NCBI GenBank assembly: GCA_963846575.1
Contig: CAWJWJ010000002.1
Location: 1,824,001-1,888,000 of the forward strand
DNA length: 64,000 nt
DNA from: an uncultured Nitrospiraceae bacterium
GTDB lineage: Bacteria; Nitrospirota; Nitrospiria; Nitrospirales; Nitrospiraceae
Direction of reading: 5' to 3'
Below are positions 62,705 to 64,000 of the stretch, in pieces. Positions within the stretch are counted from its first letter, which is position 1, and each line of letters starts with the position of its first letter. Below the pieces are notes generated by a model. That model saw only the letters and a list, made by a program, of their open reading frames with translations. It made no database searches and was not told where the DNA came from. The position numbers and the translations under genes are program-made.

Positions 62705-64000
62705 TGTGCGGCTCCTGGTCCTTTTTTCTCGTGCTGCGCCCCCGATTCATAGGCGTCGTTGAGCACCTGTGCGACATGTTTCACCGCCACGCGCCCCCGC
62801 ATGCCGTTGTTGAGTTGAATCATGCAAGCGGGGCAACTGGTGGCAACCGTCTCCGCGCCGCTCTGCTCGATGTTCCGGCGTTTCCGGTCGAAGATTTTCC
62901 GGGACGTGTCGTAATCCTTCACCAGATACGTCCCGGCCCCACCCGCGCAACGGTCGGCGTCCGTCATTTCCACATATTCAGTCCCCGGTATACGCGAGAG
63001 GATCTGGCGGGGCTCCTTGGTCACACCGGCAGCGCGCAGATGGCATGACGAATGGTATGTCACGCGAGAGGGCGCCCCCTCCGGTCCTCCCATGGCGGGC
63101 TGCTGCTCCGATTGCGCCACGAATTCGGTAATGTGCATGACCTTCTTCGCCAGATCGTCCGCGGCCTGCCGCTCCGGCTCGCGCTCGAAAAACTTCTTGT
63201 ACTCCTTGAGCATGAGCGTGCAGGAGGCACAACCGGTCACGACCTTGTCGTAGGTGGCGAGCGACTCGATATTGAACCGGGCATTCTGCTTCACGAGGTC
63301 CACATGGCCGTAGGTCTCGATGGGTGTGCCGGAACAACGTTGCGGAGGCATGGCCGGTTCGACACCATGCTTGCGCAAGACCGCGATCACGGCATCCCCC
63401 ACTCCATCTTCGAAATAATTCGCTGCGCAACCGTGAAAATAGGCCACCCTCGGCGGGTCTTTCTTTTCCCGTTCCGTGAGGTCCGGATAACGCTCGCGCA
63501 AATGCGACGTGGCCAGCCTGGGAAGGACCATGTCGGCCGAAAGCTTGGCGCTCGGAGCGATGCGTTTCATCAATGGCGCCGCGAGGCGTTCGAGGATTGC
63601 ACGCGGGAACGGGCGGTCCCACAGGGGTTGCGTTTTTGCGGCAAGTTTAAGTATCGCTTCAAATATGGGAAGTTTCGCCTGAAGCGCGAAGATCCATCGT
63701 GAGCCCTGGTTGGGGTGTTCGGCGCGGCGCTGCAGGATCAACTCCGAGACGTCCACTCCGGCCGGACAGATGGTCCTGCAGGATTTGCAGTTCAAGCAGG
63801 CTTCCACGACCCGCTTGGAATTGAGGTAGCTGTAGTCTTTGGCGGTGACGATTTCATACCAGCCGCGCGAGCTCATGTCTTCCGACTGAAACACGTCGTA
63901 CACGGGACAGACGGAGTTGCACTTCGCGCAGGTGGCGCAGGATTTGGAGAGGCGAGTGTAGTCGATGTGCTCGGTGAACGACGCCTCGCTGATCTTGATG
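62701..64000 (-). CDS. Fe-S / CCG-domain oxidoreductase (GlcF/lactate-dehydrogenase-like), 5' end outside the window
   Basis: CATCAKCNSVCP, CLNCKSCRTICP, FHGC, CSG, YHSSCH, CAGGAG, TSCPAC. Confidence 0.85.
   Translation of the reverse strand, partial: IKISEASFTEHIDYTRLSKSCATCAKCNSVCPVYDVFQSEDMSSRGWYEIVTAKDYSYLNSKRVVEACLNCKSCRTICPAGVDVSELILQRRAEHPNQGSRWIFALQAKLPIFEAILKLAAKTQPLWDRPFPRAILERLAAPLMKRIAPSAKLSADMVLPRLATSHLRERYPDLTEREKKDPPRVAYFHGCAANYFEDGVGDAVIAVLRKHGVEPAMPPQRCSGTPIETYGHVDLVKQNARFNIESLATYDKVVTGCASCTLMLKEYKKFFEREPERQAADDLAKKVMHITEFVAQSEQQPAMGGPEGAPSRVTYHSSCHLRAAGVTKEPRQILSRIPGTEYVEMTDADRCAGGAGTYLVKDYDTSRKIFDRKRRNIEQSGAETVATSCPACMIQLNNGMRGRVAVKHVAQVLNDAYESGAQHEKKGPGAAQ

Overview
GC-rich bacterial chromosomal segment. 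Gene content and the dnaE-accA order suggest Nitrospira (inference, not confirmed). Housekeeping and metabolic genes include dnaE and accA (both carrying clustered indels that look like consensus errors), hrpB, def, a pseudouridine synthase, an egtB-egtD plus betaine-type ABC transporter operon, GH15, aceE-aceF-lpdA-lplA and a Fe-S/CCG oxidoreductase. These are interleaved with accessory DNA. Two non-coding signals stand out. (1) A RAYT-like HUH (Y1) transposase gene at 24650-25486 is bounded by perfect 25-bp inverted repeats (ATGTGTGATTGCAAGACCTGACCCC). Three more co-oriented copies lie at about 32.6, 37.8 and 42.9 kb, each at a junction of accessory or truncated genes. Two copies are followed by exact tandem duplications starting at the same TGACCC register, and one heads a decayed second RAYT. 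(2) A palindromic operator/promoter, CCGTGACC-N4-ATGTCACG-N6-TGG-TAnnnT (minus strand), occurs twice. One copy lies just downstream of a WYL regulator in front of a secreted-protein plus nuclease-helicase operon. The other lies 13.7 kb away in front of a gutted type I R-M island that retains an intact OLD-family ATPase/Toprim gene. This suggests a PafBC-like WYL regulon. No rRNA, tRNA or CRISPR array was seen.
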